Source: Octopus vulgaris
Taxonomy: Eukaryota
Reading direction: 5' to 3'
DNA: 64,000 nucleotides
Assembly (NCBI GenBank): GCA_951406725.2
Contig: OX597825.1
Coordinates: 23,994,001 to 24,058,000, forward strand
Part shown: positions 13,675 to 28,817 of the stretch, piece by piece
Numbering within the stretch: the stretch's first letter is position 1
How the letters are laid out: the number at the start of each line of letters is the position of its first letter
Made by a program: the position numbers and the translations under genes
Notes under the pieces: model-generated
Databases searched by the model: none
The model's input: the letters and a program-made list of their open reading frames with translations, nothing else
Told to the model about the DNA's origin: nothing

Positions 13675-14739
13675 ATACCATTCTACGTCAACTGAAATAG
13701 CAGTGATCGGGTCTTTGAAAAGAGAATATGATTTTAGTATAATGCAAACTATCTTACATTTAGCAAAGCATCTCGGATGAAAAGAAGAGCATTCTAAACA
13801 CAACTAAGATAGTCAAATATTGTAACATAATTTTAATTTTAAGTGTTGCAAGCTTGTCATGTCAGAGGGATGATTGACTGTCAAACGTAATGGTTGTAGT
13901 TTCTCTTCCATTCTATAGCAATCCGGATTGTGTCTGATGAAGTTATTTAACAGGAAAACGGTCCTGGTCAAGAAACTAATTACTGGTAGCCAGGAGGATC
14001 GAACTTATATGAATAGCAATGGTTGTGTTGTTCGTTAAATGACGAAGCTCTGTTCAACTTTTACGTGAGAGATATATCTTGTAGGGTAAAAGCTAATGAT
14101 AGAAAAAAATCTGCTTGATATCATGTGACTTATCTTATAAACATTATATATAATGGAAGCCTTTATTGGCGTTCTTAAGAGCCTCTGGATTATTGAAATC
14201 GAAAATGATAGCTTCCCAATGATAGAAGTGCGATCAGTGATATTGAGGAAAAATTGAATTTGGTTAATAACAGTAATATCTATGTAGACTATAGTCAAAA
14301 AGGAAAAATCTTCATCAATAAATGCTGTGGCGAAGAAGCATGTGCCAAGCCATGTGATAAAATAAATATTAAAACGTCTGAATAGATAGAATATCTGAAA
14401 TCCAAATATCCTTTGGGAAAAGTGGAATTCCAAACGCAATTCTAATAAGTCTCCAAACACACAGATTCAGAGTTATCGTTTTATGTTTGAATAGTATCGG
14501 ACATCTCATATATATATATATATATATATATCAACTTCTGCATACACTAATACACATACACACACACACAATCATACACATATACAAACATACATACACT
14601 CACACATACCTACACACATATATACATACATAAATGCTATTCACAGAAGTGATGGTTTTTAAGCAACTAATATTCACTAGGAAAAAATATTGGTACCATT
14701 TCCATTCCACGATATTCAGTTGCTTCGAATGAAGACTTG

Positions 14740-14966
14740 GTACATGATTGGTCATTATGTAAACCTCCTTGAGGAATGTGAAGAGGCAGGCTGGATAGTC
14801 GAATGCAGAGGATTCGCTGGACACAGCGTGAGGCGACTGTTGTTATCGTTAGGCCTAAATACCATCGTAAAGTATATACCATCATGGGCGATGTCCAAAC
14901 TACAGTGGAAAAGTCTAGTCACTGGATTTGGTTAAAAAGAGACGATGAACGATGGGTAGAAGAATA
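14740..14966 (+). mobile_element. C-terminal remnant of a HERO-like (RLE) non-LTR retrotransposon
   Basis: Frameshifted YVNLLEECEEAGW..ECRGFAGHSVRRLLLSLG and VEKSSHWIWLKRDDERWVEE resemble the VEVGCRGF and WLWLKR motifs I recall for HERO-clade ORF ends; probable 3' UTR resumes at about 15603-15695. Confidence 0.6.
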
Positions 14967-15595
14967 TTGGCGTGCTGCCAACAAAGCACGTGGAGTTCTG
15001 TTTTTGATTCAACGGTCATTCGGAATGCTCACAGCAGCCATATTCCTACCGCTCTATGTCACGCTGGTGAGACCCATATTGGAGTACGGGATTCAAGCCT
15101 CTTCTCTTTATCTCCTCAAAGACATACATCATCTCGAAAGAGTCCAGAAGCTGGCTACCCACATGGTTCTTGGTCTCAAGCATTCGTCTTATGAAGAAAG
15201 GCTGAAGACGCTCGACCTTTATTCTCGAGAAAAACGACGACGCCGTGGTGATCTCATTCTTGCTCACAACATCATAAGCGGAAAGTGTAACCTCTCGAAA
15301 GAGCTGTTCTTCACTCCTGCTCCAGAGCGTCGGCTGCGGGGTCACTCCGAAAAGCTCTATCTGCGACAATTTCATCTCAATCGAAGGAGAGGGGCTTTCT
15401 CCGTCCGGGTTGCGGATCCGTGGAATAAGCTGCCGGACGAGATAGTGAAGATGCCGACGACCGCTCGGTTCAAAGTCTCCCGTGACCACAAATGGCCTGA
15501 ACTCTTTGCATGAACACCACCCTGTACATAAATCCATGTCCCCCTATATGGCCTTGCTTTTTGCTTTTTGAGCCAAAAAATTAACTTAACTTAAC
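14967..15595 (+). mobile_element. CR1-clade LINE 3' fragment with (TTAAC)n tail
   Basis: LYVTLVRPILEYG, LERVQKLAT, YEERLKTLDL, RRRRGDLI, LRGHSEKL, FSVRVADPWNKLP: conserved CR1 ORF2 C-terminus; stop at 15511-15513. Confidence 0.92.
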
Positions 15596-15977
15596 TATAT
15601 TTAATAACCAGCTGATCTAGGGAGTGGATGCTGGTGCGCAGTCATGCCATCGAGTGGTAGGCCCCGAAACGGTGCACATTCTCTCTTGATGACTGTATAT
15701 GTATGTATATGTATATAGTTTTACATGTACTGCTGCAAAAGATATTGCATGTTACTTTACTTCAAACTAATTGTTATTCTTCTTTATTTTTGTTTGGTCC
15801 GAAGAAAAAGATGTGGACGAGGATAACAAGGAAGGGAAGAAGGAGAAAATAAAATTAATGGATGAATGAATGAATGAGTGAATGAAGTGAATGAATGAAA
15901 ATCATTCGTGAAGAAGACGAATTATGTAAACATTGAAATGGAAGACGAGGAAACAGGAAACCCAACAACAGGAACGG

Positions 15978-16780
<803 letters not shown>

Positions 16781-17206
16781 CAAAGGAGATCTCTAATTCT
16801 AAGAATTGTCTGAGACATTCTCGTTATGTAATTCACATGAGATAATTGTAACTTTTGAACATAAATATAATTAACCATCCGTGTAGTTCTTGTGAGTGCA
16901 ACTTGATAGCTCGAACCACGCCTCCGCTAATTGTTTTAGGTGGTCGATTAGTTGGGAGAGCAGCCATAGACGTCGTTCTCCGGGCACTCTCACCTTTGAC
17001 TTAGTGCTACGTTGAAGACATGACTGTTGGAGGCAAGGAGAGAGAGAGAGAACGAGTGAGAGAGAGAGGGAGTGAGAGAGAGAGAGAAGTATACAATCAC
17101 TTATTAGTGATATACTGCTGTGTAATGAGTGGATGCTCTAAAATTCTTGGCTTTGGGATTAAGAAAATATAGAAGGATTAGTTAATTATGATTTTTATTC
17201 AACATA

Positions 17207-17858
17207 TAGGCGCAGGAGTGGCTGTGTGGTAAGTAGCTTGTTTACCAACCACATGGTTTCGGGTTCGGTCCCACTGTGTGGGACCTTGAGCAAGTGTCTT
17301 CTACTATAGTCTCGGGCCGACCAAAGCCTTATTAGTGGATTGAGTAGACGGAAACTGAAAGAAGCCCGTCGTATATATATATATATATATGTGTGTGTGC
17401 GTGTATGTTTGTGTGTCTGTGTTTGCCCCACCCCCCTAGCGTTGCTTGACAACCGATGCTGGTGTGTTTATGTCCCCGTCACTTAGCGGTCATTTGACTG
17501 CGGCCATGCTGGAGCACCGCCTTTAATCGAGCAACTCGACCCCGGGACTTATTCTTTGTAAGCCCAGTACTTATTCCATCGGACTCTTTTGCCGAACCGC
17601 TAGATGACGGGGACATAAACACCAGCATCGGTTGACAAGCAATGCTAGGGGGACAAACACGCACACACACATACACATATATATACATATATACGACGGG
17701 CTTCTTTCAGTTTCCGTCTACCAAATCCACTCACAAGGCTTTGGTCGGGCCGAGGCTATAGTAGAAGACACTTGCCCAAGGTGCCACGCAGTGGGACTGA
17801 ACCCGGAACCATGTGGTTGGTAAACAAGCTACTTACCAGACAGCCACTCCTGCGCCTA
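17207..17858. mobile_element. Tail-to-tail inverted pair of SINE A copies
   Basis: Plus copy 17207-17490 (3'-truncated) fused to a minus copy 17489-17858. Confidence 0.9.
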
Positions 17859-18150
17859 TATGTATATGCATTCTTTCATTCTTTGAATTCTTTCACTCGT
17901 CAAACTGCGGACATGCTGGGGCACCAACTTGAAGTGTTTAGTCGAACAAATAGTCCCCATTATATTCCTCCTCTTCCCCCTCCCCCTTCCTCTATCTCTC
18001 TCTATCTCTATCTTTCTCTCTTTCTCCCCTCTTGTTTTAAAGCCTGGTACTTATTCTATCAATCTTGTCTTGCCGAACCGCCAGTTAAAAGGGGCCATAA
18101 GCACCTAACAACGGTTATCATTCAGTAGTGGGAGACAAACACAAACACAA

Positions 18151-18636
18151 GTTAGTTAGTTAGTTAGTTAATTTGGCTCAAAAGCAAATAGCAAGGCCAT
18201 GTAGGGGGACATGGAGTTAAGTACAGGGTGGTGTTCATGTAAAGAGTTCAGGCCACTTGAGGTCCAGGGAGGCTTTGAACAAAGCGGTCGTCGGTATCTT
18301 CACCATCTCGTCTGGCAGCTTGTTCCACGGATCCGCAACCCGGACGGAGAAAGCTCCTCTCCTTCGATTGAGATGAAATCGTCGCAGGTAGAGCTTATCG
18401 GAATGACCCCGCAGCCGACGCTCCGGAGCAGGAGTGAAGAACAGCTCTTTCGAGAGGTTACACTTCCCGCTTATGATGTTGTGGGCGAGAATGAGATCAC
18501 CACGGCGGCGGCGTTTTTCAAGAGAATAAAGGTCGAGCGTCCTCAGCCTTTCTTCGTAGGACAAATTTTTGAGACCATGAACCATGCGGGTAGCCAGCCT
18601 CTGGACTCTTTCGAGGTGCTGTATGTCTTTGAGGAG
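18151..18636 (-). mobile_element. CR1-clade LINE 3' fragment, same family as 14967-15595
   Basis: [19 protein letters not shown]...RRRRGDLI...WNKLPDEMVK...WPELFT; (TAAC)n tail; lies in the (CA)n part of a diverged SINE A starting at about 17880. Confidence 0.92.
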
Positions 18637-18732
18637 GTGTACACACACACGCATTCACACACACACATACATACACACGCGCACATCCTTACATGCATAC
18701 ATGCACATATGTATGTATATATATATATACTC

Positions 18733-18780
<48 letters not shown>

Positions 18781-18784
<4 letters not shown>

Positions 18785-18985
18785 GGAAGTGTTTACGAAA
18801 ATAAACAAAAGACGAAGGCAGGTGGAGTACAAACAAACAAATGTATTAGTATAGCACTCAGGAATAGAAATAGAAAAAGTCTTTTACGTTTCGAGCCTAC
18901 GCTCTTCGACAGAAAGATACACAGAAAAAAACAAGGAGAGAAACAAGGAGAGAAAAAATGCGTGTAGGAGCTAACGATCTATCAT
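18781..18985 (-). mobile_element. Family E: about 200-bp (TA)n-embedded element with a minimal hammerhead-like motif
   Basis: Similar copies at 42121-42319 and 56939-57137; minus strand TCTTT-CTGTCGA-A-GAGC-GTAG-GCTC-GAAAC-GTA-AAAGA at 18880-18917. Confidence 0.75.
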
Positions 18986-19150
18986 AGGCGCAGGAGTGGA
19001 TGTGTGTTAAGTAGCTTACTTACCAACCACATGGTTCCAGGTTCAATCCTACTGCGTGGCACCTTGAGTCAGTGTCTTCTATATAGCCACGGGACGACCA
19101 AAGCCTTTTAAGGGAATTTGGTAGACAGAAAGAGAAAGACGCCTGTCGCA
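18986..19150 (+). mobile_element. SINE A 5' half, abutting the family E element
   Basis: AGGCGCAGGAGTGG...GGTTCAATCC; a further partial minus copy lies at about 19293-19370. Confidence 0.8.
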
Positions 19151-19163
19151 TATATATATATAT

Positions 19164-19294
<131 letters not shown>

Positions 19295-20140
19295 ACGGAC
19301 TTCTGTTAGTTTCCGTTCACCAAATCCACTCACAAGGCTTTGGGCAGGCCAAAGTGCCGCGCAGTGGCACCCATGTCGGATGCTATAAACTTTCTTTGCG
19401 GTGATGCAATACATACGGTTTGTACATCACTCTAAGTCATCAATTAGCTTCTTGGTGTTGTTGTTGATGTTGTTGTTCCTTTTATTATCGGTTTTGTTTA
19501 GCCCCAGGTCAGCCTGTATCGAGAACCATAGTCGGACGTTTTCTAATGCAATACCCACCCAGGTACAGTACCCCCTACTGTTTTCAACCAATATATTTTT
19601 CTCATTATTCTTTCTAGTCAAATGTGTCGGAAAGAGATATGACTGCTATTTCTAGCATGGCATGCAATCATTTAGAGGTAGCCTCGTTAGTCCGTCTCAT
19701 CAATTCGTAAGAGATTTTGGCGTGATCTTTATGGATCAGTTACTACTTCAACGTGAGTGAATCTTTGACATTTTCGCATTGAAAAGGTCGATAGCAAAAG
19801 AAACTCTTTACAAGAAGGCTCCACCGAGACAGAAGAATTTCTTTTGGAAGTTGTTTCTTATTTTTTGTTCTTTTATATTTGTCTTGTTGTTGTTGTTGTT
19901 GTTCTTTTGTTTGGTGTTTACGGCTGGAAGTATGTTCGTGAAGGATATTGCATAATGGCTTGGTATCTGCATATGAGAAGCGACATAAAATACATTCAGA
20001 ACAGCAATGTGTATGAAATGTATAAATAGGCAAGATAGAGATGAGGGGTTGGGCGTTGGACGTAAGCCTGTATTTGTTTTGGTATCTATGTGTGTGTGTG
20101 TGTGTGTGTGCGTGTGTGAGTGTGTGTATCTATACATACA

Positions 20141-20176
<36 letters not shown>

Positions 20177-20188
20177 TACATATATATA

Positions 20189-20221
<33 letters not shown>

Positions 20222-20241
20222 GTCTATATGTATATACATAC

Positions 20242-20276
<35 letters not shown>

Positions 20277-20389
20277 CATATATATGCATACATATACATA
20301 TAGAAATATTTATATACATATGCATATATATATATAGATATTTATATATGTATATGTGTATATATATGTATATATATGTATATACATAT

Positions 20390-20555
20390 AGGCACAGGAG
20401 TGGCTTTCTGGTAAGAAGCTTGCTTAACAACCACATGATTCCCTGGTTCTGTTCCACTGCGTAGCAACTTGGGCAAGTGTCTTCTACTATAGCCACGGGC
20501 TGACAAAAGCCTTGTGAGTGGATTTGGTAGACGTGAACTGAAAGAAGCCCGTCGC

Positions 20556-20560
<5 letters not shown>
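20390..20560 (+). mobile_element. SINE A 5' half
   Basis: AGGCACAGGAGTGGC...GAAAGAAGCCCGTCG. Confidence 0.85.
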
Positions 20561-20613
<53 letters not shown>

Positions 20614-20649
20614 GTTTGTGTTTGGCAGACAAATGCCCATAACACTGTT

Positions 20650-20790
20650 CTTTTTGTTCCTTCTCGAGCCATGCCGGGCTCATAAGGGCCGGTTTCTCGG
20701 TTACATTGGCATATAGGTTCCCCATCTGGACGCGACGCCAGTCCGTCGCAGCTGAGTTACTAGATGCAGGAGAAAGGAGTAAGAGAAATA
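20650..20790 (-). mobile_element. SINE family C, 3' fragment
   Basis: Matches about 26550-26680 (CATAAGGGCCGGTTTCTCG...TATAGGTTCCCCA). Confidence 0.75.
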
Positions 20791-21074
20791 ACAGTAGCTA
20801 GATTTCATACCTAAATTGCATGCGACATTAGAATTTACATAGGAAATATTTCTCGAAAATTACATAGTTTTAGATAACAGTCTTTATACTTATCGTTAAA
20901 AATATGAACATCTCTGTCGTACTCTGCTGTCGCAAACGACTGATGAAGGAGCCGCAAATTCTTGTTACTCTATATTGATTGAATATTCATGCTGTACATC
21001 AGCTCAGTCCCGCCACCAAACTGATGCCTGTACAGGAGCATAGTGTGCCACAGGTCAGATGTCCAAGTCTACGG

Positions 21075-21169
21075 CTCAAAAGCACAAGAAGCTCGCTGGT
21101 CTGGGAATCGAAACCACGATGTTGGTATCGTGAGCGCAACGTCCTAACCAGGAAGCCATGCGCCTCCAC
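21075..21169 (-). mobile_element. tRNA-like SINE head (family C/D type)
   Basis: Minus strand GTGGAGGCGCATGGCTTCCTGGTTAGG...GGTTTCGATTCCC with box A/B. Confidence 0.65.
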
Positions 21170-21290
21170 TTAAAGATTCCTAAGATGTGAATTTGATCGT
21201 TTGAAATAAGATAACAAATAGAAGCTGAGCAACGAAATTCACAAGTTTTTTAGGTGGGTTTTTGCATTTATGATTTGTTGCTTTGTATAT

Positions 21291-21526
21291 TACTCTTTAC
21301 TCTTTACTCTTTTACTTGTTTCAGTCATTTGACTGCGGCCATGCTGAAGCATCGCCTTTAGTCGAGCAAATCGACCCCGGGACTTATTCTTTGTAAGCCC
21401 AGTACTTATTCTATCGGTCTCTTTTGCCGAACCGCTATGTGACGGGGACGTAAACACACCAGCATCGGTTATCAAGCAATGCTAGGGGGACAAACACAGA
21501 CACACACACACAAACACACACACACG

Positions 21527-21584
<58 letters not shown>

Positions 21585-21750
21585 TACGACAGGCTTTTTT
21601 CAGTTTCCGTCTACTAAATCCACTCACAAGGCATTGGTCGGCCAAGGGCTATCGCAGAAGACACTTGCCCAAGATGCCACGCAGTGGGACTGAGCCCGGA
21701 ACCATGTGGTTGGTTAGCAAGCTATTTACCACACAGCCACTCCTGCGCCT
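21291..21750 (-). mobile_element. SINE A, full length
   Basis: Complete head, body and GAGTAAA tail repeats. Confidence 0.9.
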
Positions 21751-22258
21751 ATATACGTATAATATTGATTATATTGAGGAACAATGTTGATTATCTTGCA
21801 GCAGACTCTTGAATTCGAACGGCCCAATTCACATAATCACAAACTTAGGTGTACCTTAAGCTGCAACAGTATTGTGTGAATGAATGTATTTTACGAAGAA
21901 GAAAGCATAAAGGCTCGTATCTTCATTATATTAAAATGAAATTATTCTATCAACTCCGAAAATGTCGGAAATCAACAGTTTTTTTTCTTTTTCGAAAACA
22001 CTTCCTTTAGAATTAGTCTTCCTGATTTTGGCAGCACAAAACCAGCAATTTTGAGATGAGAAAAAGTCGATTACGTCGATCCTAGTACTCGACTGGTGCC
22101 TATTTTATCAACAAAAGTTCAAATTTCGCCGGGGGTCGACCTTACCTTTCATCCTTTCGGGGTCGATAAAATAAGTGTCAATCGAGAAACTCGGGTCGAT
22201 ATGATCGACCCCCGGTTTAATCCCTCAAATTTCTGGCCTTGTGACTTTAGTAGAAAAG

Positions 22259-22328
<70 letters not shown>

Positions 22329-22584
22329 GTTTAATTTTATTTTCTTTATGCTTTCTTTATGCTTTATGCTTTATGCTTTCTTCATGAAGTGAAACATTGA
22401 AATGGTGTTGGAGATTAAGCTTTGCTGGGATTTTATTAACAGGCGCTTGACAACATTATCTGGTGTGTGTGTATGAGTGTGTGTACAAGTGTGTGTGTGT
22501 ATGTGTGTGTGCGTGCGCGTACATTCACACATATGTATGCATGTACGTCTGTATGTGTATGTATATATATATATATGTATATGT

Positions 22585-22648
<64 letters not shown>

Positions 22649-22770
22649 GCAGTCAAATCATTCCTGGTGGCCATTTATAAAGTTTAAATTCTGATGGTTG
22701 TCAAATTAATCCTTCAAATAATGTTACTTTAGGCATTCTGGAATATATTAGGAGACACACACACGTGTGC

Positions 22771-22852
<82 letters not shown>

Positions 22853-23375
22853 ACGTATAGGTAAACAATGCAAGGTTCTAATCTTAGGCAATTCCAGATA
22901 AGATTGTTCACATGCATTAATAAACAACTTTACTTTCTAACTGGAGAGTGTGTATACGTCTTTATGTGTGTGTGTGTAAAAGAGAGAGAAAGAGATAGAG
23001 AGAAGATGGGAGACAAATAATGTGATATACGAAGAGAAAAATGGAGAGCGAGAAATAAACTGTATTGAAGATAACTTGAACAATATGTCTTATATAGACT
23101 CGAAAGGTTTCAGGTAATAATAATATGCAGATATTTATTTCATAGAACAACAAAGAAATGAATATTTAATGCTAGTCCTATATTTCTTCAGAACGAAATA
23201 TTGAAATTTAACATATGGTATCTCAGGAGATAAATTCTATCCATTGTATGGTTGCCTATAAAGACCGGTGAGTGACTTAAGATACAATGGGCAATAGATT
23301 CCGTTTTGATGAGAATGCAATATGCATATACAATCATACATACATACACTCATGCACACACATGCACACACGCAA

Positions 23376-23441
<66 letters not shown>

Positions 23442-23619
23442 ACATATATATATACATATCTATACATGCATATATATATATATATACATATATATTTACA
23501 TATATATATATATATATATATACATATATACATATATATATATATACATATATATATATAAGTATGTATATATATACATATATATATATATATGTATATA
23601 TACATACATATATGTATAC

Positions 23620-23670
<51 letters not shown>

Positions 23671-23781
23671 CACATATATATATACATATATATATACATA
23701 TATATATACATATATATACATATATACATATATATATACATATATACATACATATATATATATACATATATACATATATAT

Positions 23782-23812
<31 letters not shown>

Positions 23813-23886
23813 TGAGTCCAACCCATGCTAGCATGGAAAGCGGACGTTAAACGATGACGATGACGATGATGATGATGATGATATAC

Positions 23887-23932
<46 letters not shown>

Positions 23933-23955
23933 GTAGGTTTATATACATGTATAAA

Positions 23956-23996
<41 letters not shown>

Positions 23997-24090
23997 CATA
24001 CATACACACATATATATGTATGTGTGTATGTATATATACGCATATAAGTATTTATATTATATTTATATATGTGTACATATATATATATAC

Positions 24091-24132
<42 letters not shown>

Positions 24133-24559
24133 ACATAAATGTGGGCGCGCGCGTGTGTGTGTATTCGTGTGTATATATGTGTATATATTAAATGTCATAT
24201 ACCTACGAACCTACTTGTATAGATGCTGGCTAAATGACACAAGATACCTATAAAGTGTTTTATTGTCTCCGAGATAAAAGTTATACGAAATCTATTAACA
24301 GCCACGAGTTAATAGAATGTTTGATTGCTGGAGATGTCTTTGAGGTCACAGTCTTTGATACGTATGTCCATCTTGGAATCACTTCATACTCGCTGATGCA
24401 ATCCACCGAACTGTGCGTTAAGACCAGGAATCATTAATGAAGCAGGATTCCTTTGATAGAAGACTTTTACAGCTGAAGTGTTATCTAGCAGTAACTATAT
24501 CGCTTCCCCACTCCACCATATAAAAACGTATCATTTAGCCTTTGTCATTTGCTTCCGTC

Positions 24560-25360
24560 AGTCATTAGACAACAGCCATTCTGGGAAACCGCGTTGAAGA
24601 ATTTTCAGTCGTACGAATCGACCGCGGTACTTGATTTGTTTTAATGCCTGATATGTATTCTATCTGTCGCTTTCGCCGAACCGCTAATCTACGGGAGCGT
24701 AAGCGCACCGACACCGGTTGTTAAGCGGTGCTAGAAGAGAAACACAGACGAAAGACATATATATTTACAATGGGTTTCTTTCAGTTTCCGTCCACCAAAT
24801 CCACTCACAAGGCCTTGGTTGGCCTGAGACTATAGTAAAAGACTCTTGCCTAAGGTGCCACGCAGTGGGACTGAACCCAGAACCATACTCTAAAGAAGCA
24901 AACATAGAGGGGACAAACAAGGACAGACAAAGGGATTAAGTCGATTAAATCAACCCCAGTGCGTAACTGGTACGTATTTAATTGACCCCGAAAGGATGAA
25001 AGGCAAAGTCGACCTCGGCGGAATTTGAACTCAGAACGTAACGGCAGACGAAATACCTATTTCTTTACTACCCAGAAGGGGCTAAACACAGAGAGGACAA
25101 ACAAAGACAAAGGGATTAAGTCGATTACATCGACCCCAGTGCGTAACTGGTACTTAATTTATCGACCCCGAAAGGATGAAAGGCAAAGTCGACATCGGCA
25201 GAATTTGAACTCAGAACGTAACGTTCTTATTTTTGTCTACCCCGAAAGGTTGAAAAGTAACGTTTACTTTGGTGAGGTTTGATCTCAGGACGCAGCGAAT
25301 CGGAATGAATACAGTGGGACATTTTATCCGATACTCTAATGGTTCTGTTAATTCGCCGTT
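24560..25360 (-). mobile_element. Cluster: diverged SINE A (about 24560-24885) and tandem SINE B bodies (about 24900-25360)
   Basis: Two B bodies joined at AAAGAAATAGG|TATTTCGTC (minus strand, about 25056). Confidence 0.8.
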
Positions 25361-25455
25361 TTATTAAGGGCGTTGGGATTACATTATCTAACAGCAGAGC
25401 GTAATTTGAGAAGGATGTGGTCACTATTTCTAGCAAGTCAGATAACGGTTTAGAG

Positions 25456-25711
25456 TAGTGGTTCTGACCCTTGGAGGCGGGGTGGCTTATGGCCCTTGTG
25501 GGTTCATATAAGATTTTGTTAAAAATTTATGTGCTGTAAATCGGTTATACTTCTGAAATAGAGAAAATATTTTAACATATATTTTTAATGCAATTCCTAA
25601 AATTAATTACAAAAATGTAAGATTTTTTAGAACATCAAATGGCTGTGGGGATTCCTCGATTAAAATAGGAACCAAAAAGGTTCATAGGTAAAAAATAGTT
25701 GAGAACCACTG
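25456..25711. mobile_element. hAT (Charlie-like) MITE
   Basis: TIRs TAGTGGTTCTGACC and GTTGAGAACCACTG; degenerate 8-bp TSD GTTTAGAG/GTTCAAAG. Confidence 0.7.
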
Positions 25712-26544
25712 GTTCAAAGATTGAATCCTTAGTTCGGTGTTTATATCGGTAGTTCTTGCTGGTCGAACGAGAGCGCCGACATTTGAGTAGAAGACTTAAG
25801 TTCTGGTCTGTTTTAAAATATTAAGTGCTTTTACGCAATCCATTGTCTTGTAAACATTTGCACAGACATCCGGCCTGTTGATAATTTCCTCTTCTCCTCC
25901 CCCACTAACAGTCTGCACGCTCTCCTTTAAAAGAAGAGGTGATTTGTTATTTACTGATCTTACCGCATCTAAGTTTGTCAATTTTAATGCCTTACGTAAA
26001 TGATACAAACAGTTACATATGCGCTGTTGTTATTGATTTATTCTCCCTTAATCTAAGAATGTGGTTCAACACGGATTAAAATTAACATCAAGAAGAGATA
26101 ACCGTCTTCCTTTCAACATCAAATTGCTGTATTTTATGGCTCAGGTATAAACTATTTCGAGATCGCTATCTCCTGTTTACACACCACACTTACGCATTCT
26201 ATATTCTATAACAAAATAGCCCATAACCGTTTTCCTTCCACACTCCACCCACATTCCCAGCGGAGATAATTGTCTTCTATTAACACCTACAAGCTGTTGC
26301 ATACTAGAACATAGATTTTAACACCAGGAGATAGCTTTCTTCAGTATTTCACGTTCTGGTTTTCTGTAACATAAAATTAACTGGTGTCATCTGTCAACAA
26401 CCCCAGAATATCGGATTCTATGACAAAGATTCACATCAACACAAAGAGTAGATAACCACCTTCCTTCAGCCACACTCCACAACGTTGTGCAACTAACGAT
26501 TTAGATGTGTATATATATATAAATATATATATATATGATATAGT

Positions 26545-26845
26545 TGTTGTTTGTTCCTTCTCAAGCTATGTCTGACTCATAAGGGCCGGTTTCTCGATTT
26601 CCTTGGCGTATAGGTTCCCCACCTGGACGGGACGCCGGTCCGTCGCAGGCGAGCTGTAAGACAAAAGAGTGAGAGAAAGTTGTGGCAAACGAGTCAGCAG
26701 AAGTTCGCCATTACCTTCTGCCGGAGCCGTGTGGAGCTTAGGTGTTTCACTCATTAACACACACACATCGCCCAGTGTGAGATTCGAACCCGCGATCCCT
26801 CGACCGCGTGTTCGATGCGCTAACCACTAGGCCATGTGCCTCCAC
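26545..26845 (-). mobile_element. SINE family C: tRNA-like head with a V-domain-like body
   Basis: Minus strand GTGGAGGCACATGGCCTAGTGGTTAG...GGGTTCGAATCTC; CCTGCGACGGACCGGCGTCCCGTCCAGG resembles the V-SINE central domain; (AAC)n-like tail. Confidence 0.75.
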
Positions 26846-26940
26846 AATATAGTTGCTAACAGATTAATAAAAAAACTCGTAGTTTTGAATAATCCACGAT
26901 AGACGAAATTAAAATATGTGCTGATATTATCTGCTAAACA

Positions 26941-27640
26941 AAGGCGGTGAGCTGGCAGAATCGTTAGCACGCCGGGCGAAATGCTTAGCCGTATTTCGTT
27001 TGCCGTTACGTTTTGAGTTCAAATTTCGCCGAGGTCGACTTTACCTTTCATCCTTTCGGGATCGATAAAATTAGTACCAGTTATGCACTAGGGACGATGT
27101 TATCGACTTAATCCCTTCCCCAAAATTTAAGGCCTTGTGCTTCCAGTAGAAAGGACTTTAGCTGCTTAATAAAGAGACAATATAAAATTAAACGTTAGAT
27201 TCAAATTTGAAGTTAAGATTAAACATCGTTGGCGCATCAGACAAGATACTCAGCCGTATATCTTCCGACTCATTATGTTCTGAGTTCAAATTCCTATGAG
27301 GACATCTTGGCCTTTCATCCTCTCAAAGTCGGTAAAAAGAAAGTACTAACGAAGTACTGGGATCGATATAATCGACTTACTGCTTTCCTTAAAATTTGCT
27401 GGTCTTCACCACAACTGGAAACTAGGAAGAGAACAGGTAGAATGTTTAAGTCGGTCGGACAAAACGCTAAGTGACGTTTCTCCTGGTTTACGTTCAGAGT
27501 TCAAATTCCGCCGAGGTCGATTTTGCTTTTTATTCTTTCACGATCGATTAAATAAGTACCAGTTAAGCAAAGGGGTCGATGTAATCAATCAAACCTCTCC
27601 TCGAATATTTCAGGCGTATCCCTATAATAGAAAGAATTAC
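26941..27640 (+). mobile_element. SINE B short form (26941-27155) plus two diverged B copies
   Basis: AAGGCGGTGAGCTGGCAGAATCGTTAGC head; core repeated at about 27275 and 27490. Confidence 0.8.
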
Positions 27641-28780
27641 AATTAGAGAAGAGCTGTGGATTGGCAGAAGAACCGTTAAGGGCGTTGCAAAAAGTGTCTT
27701 TTACGTTCTGGTTTTAGATCTCATTTGAAGACTATTTGAAGACTATTAAAAGGTTGCAAGACGCAACGAAAATTTTAGGAAAATAAAAATAAGAAATAAG
27801 TGGAAATTTTACCGGTGAGTGTGTTACATTATAAAGTATAAAAATAAAATGACTCTCCCCAGACACAACAGAATATGCTTCAACACACGAACTCATATAA
27901 AGAATCTTGCACACCAAATCCAAAAACGAAATATGATAATTTCAAGTTTTGTCGATAACGTAGGATGCCAGTCAAATATCGGTATCAATGCAATCGACTG
28001 AACGCCAACTCCCACAGTTCGGGTTTTACTACCATTTATTTGGTGAGATGATTTTATTCATGGTTTCATTTCGTAAAGATATTTTTGTGGACGTCTACCA
28101 AATTACAGGGAGAAAATATTTGTTTTTGATTTTTTATTAGAAAATTTATATAATTTTTAAGTATTGCTTCTTACTAGTTTACTAGTTTTGTTATTCAAGT
28201 CTGCTCTTATTTTGGAATAGCAGAAAGAACTGTTATCCGTAAATGTGGTGGCAGAACAAATACTGATAAAAATCTTGAAAAAATTTTCAGAAAAAAAATA
28301 GCAAATATAAACAAATAAATAAAACAGATAAACAATAAAATAAATGTAATCGTAAATTTAGACGCAACAAACACATTAACAAGCGACAAGGAAAACGAAG
28401 ATATTTCTCATAACGTTGATGGTAAGGAAAACAGCAATAGTTTTCTTTTAACAATACCAGAAAGGTATAGCGAAATTTCCAAATATTGCGGTTTAGAATT
28501 ATAATTTAGTTTAACAATAGATGACATTTACTTTGTACGTGTTTCATTTAAATTTGAAAGATTTTCTTCCCACTAGTTTGGCTAGAATGTTTATCTCAAT
28601 CTTTTATATTTTCATATATTTTATTTTATTTTTTATCTATATTTTTAGTTCGGTGATAGTTAAATATTGTTTCTGAAAAGAACATTTATTCGTCTGGTGC
28701 CCAATGACGGAAATACACTTGATTCTCGTTCTCTCTCACTCTCTTTCTCTCTCACTCTCTCTCCCCCTCTCTCTCTCTGT

Positions 28781-28817
<37 letters not shown>

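Noticed and set aside
13933-13963. CTGATGA...GAAA hammerhead candidates here, at about 30630-30725 (-) and at about 44897
   Set aside because: No stem I pairing or a broken GAAA; compatible with chance.
26770-26845. Genuine tRNA gene
   Set aside because: The acceptor stem is not closed and it continues into a SINE body shared with 20650-20790.
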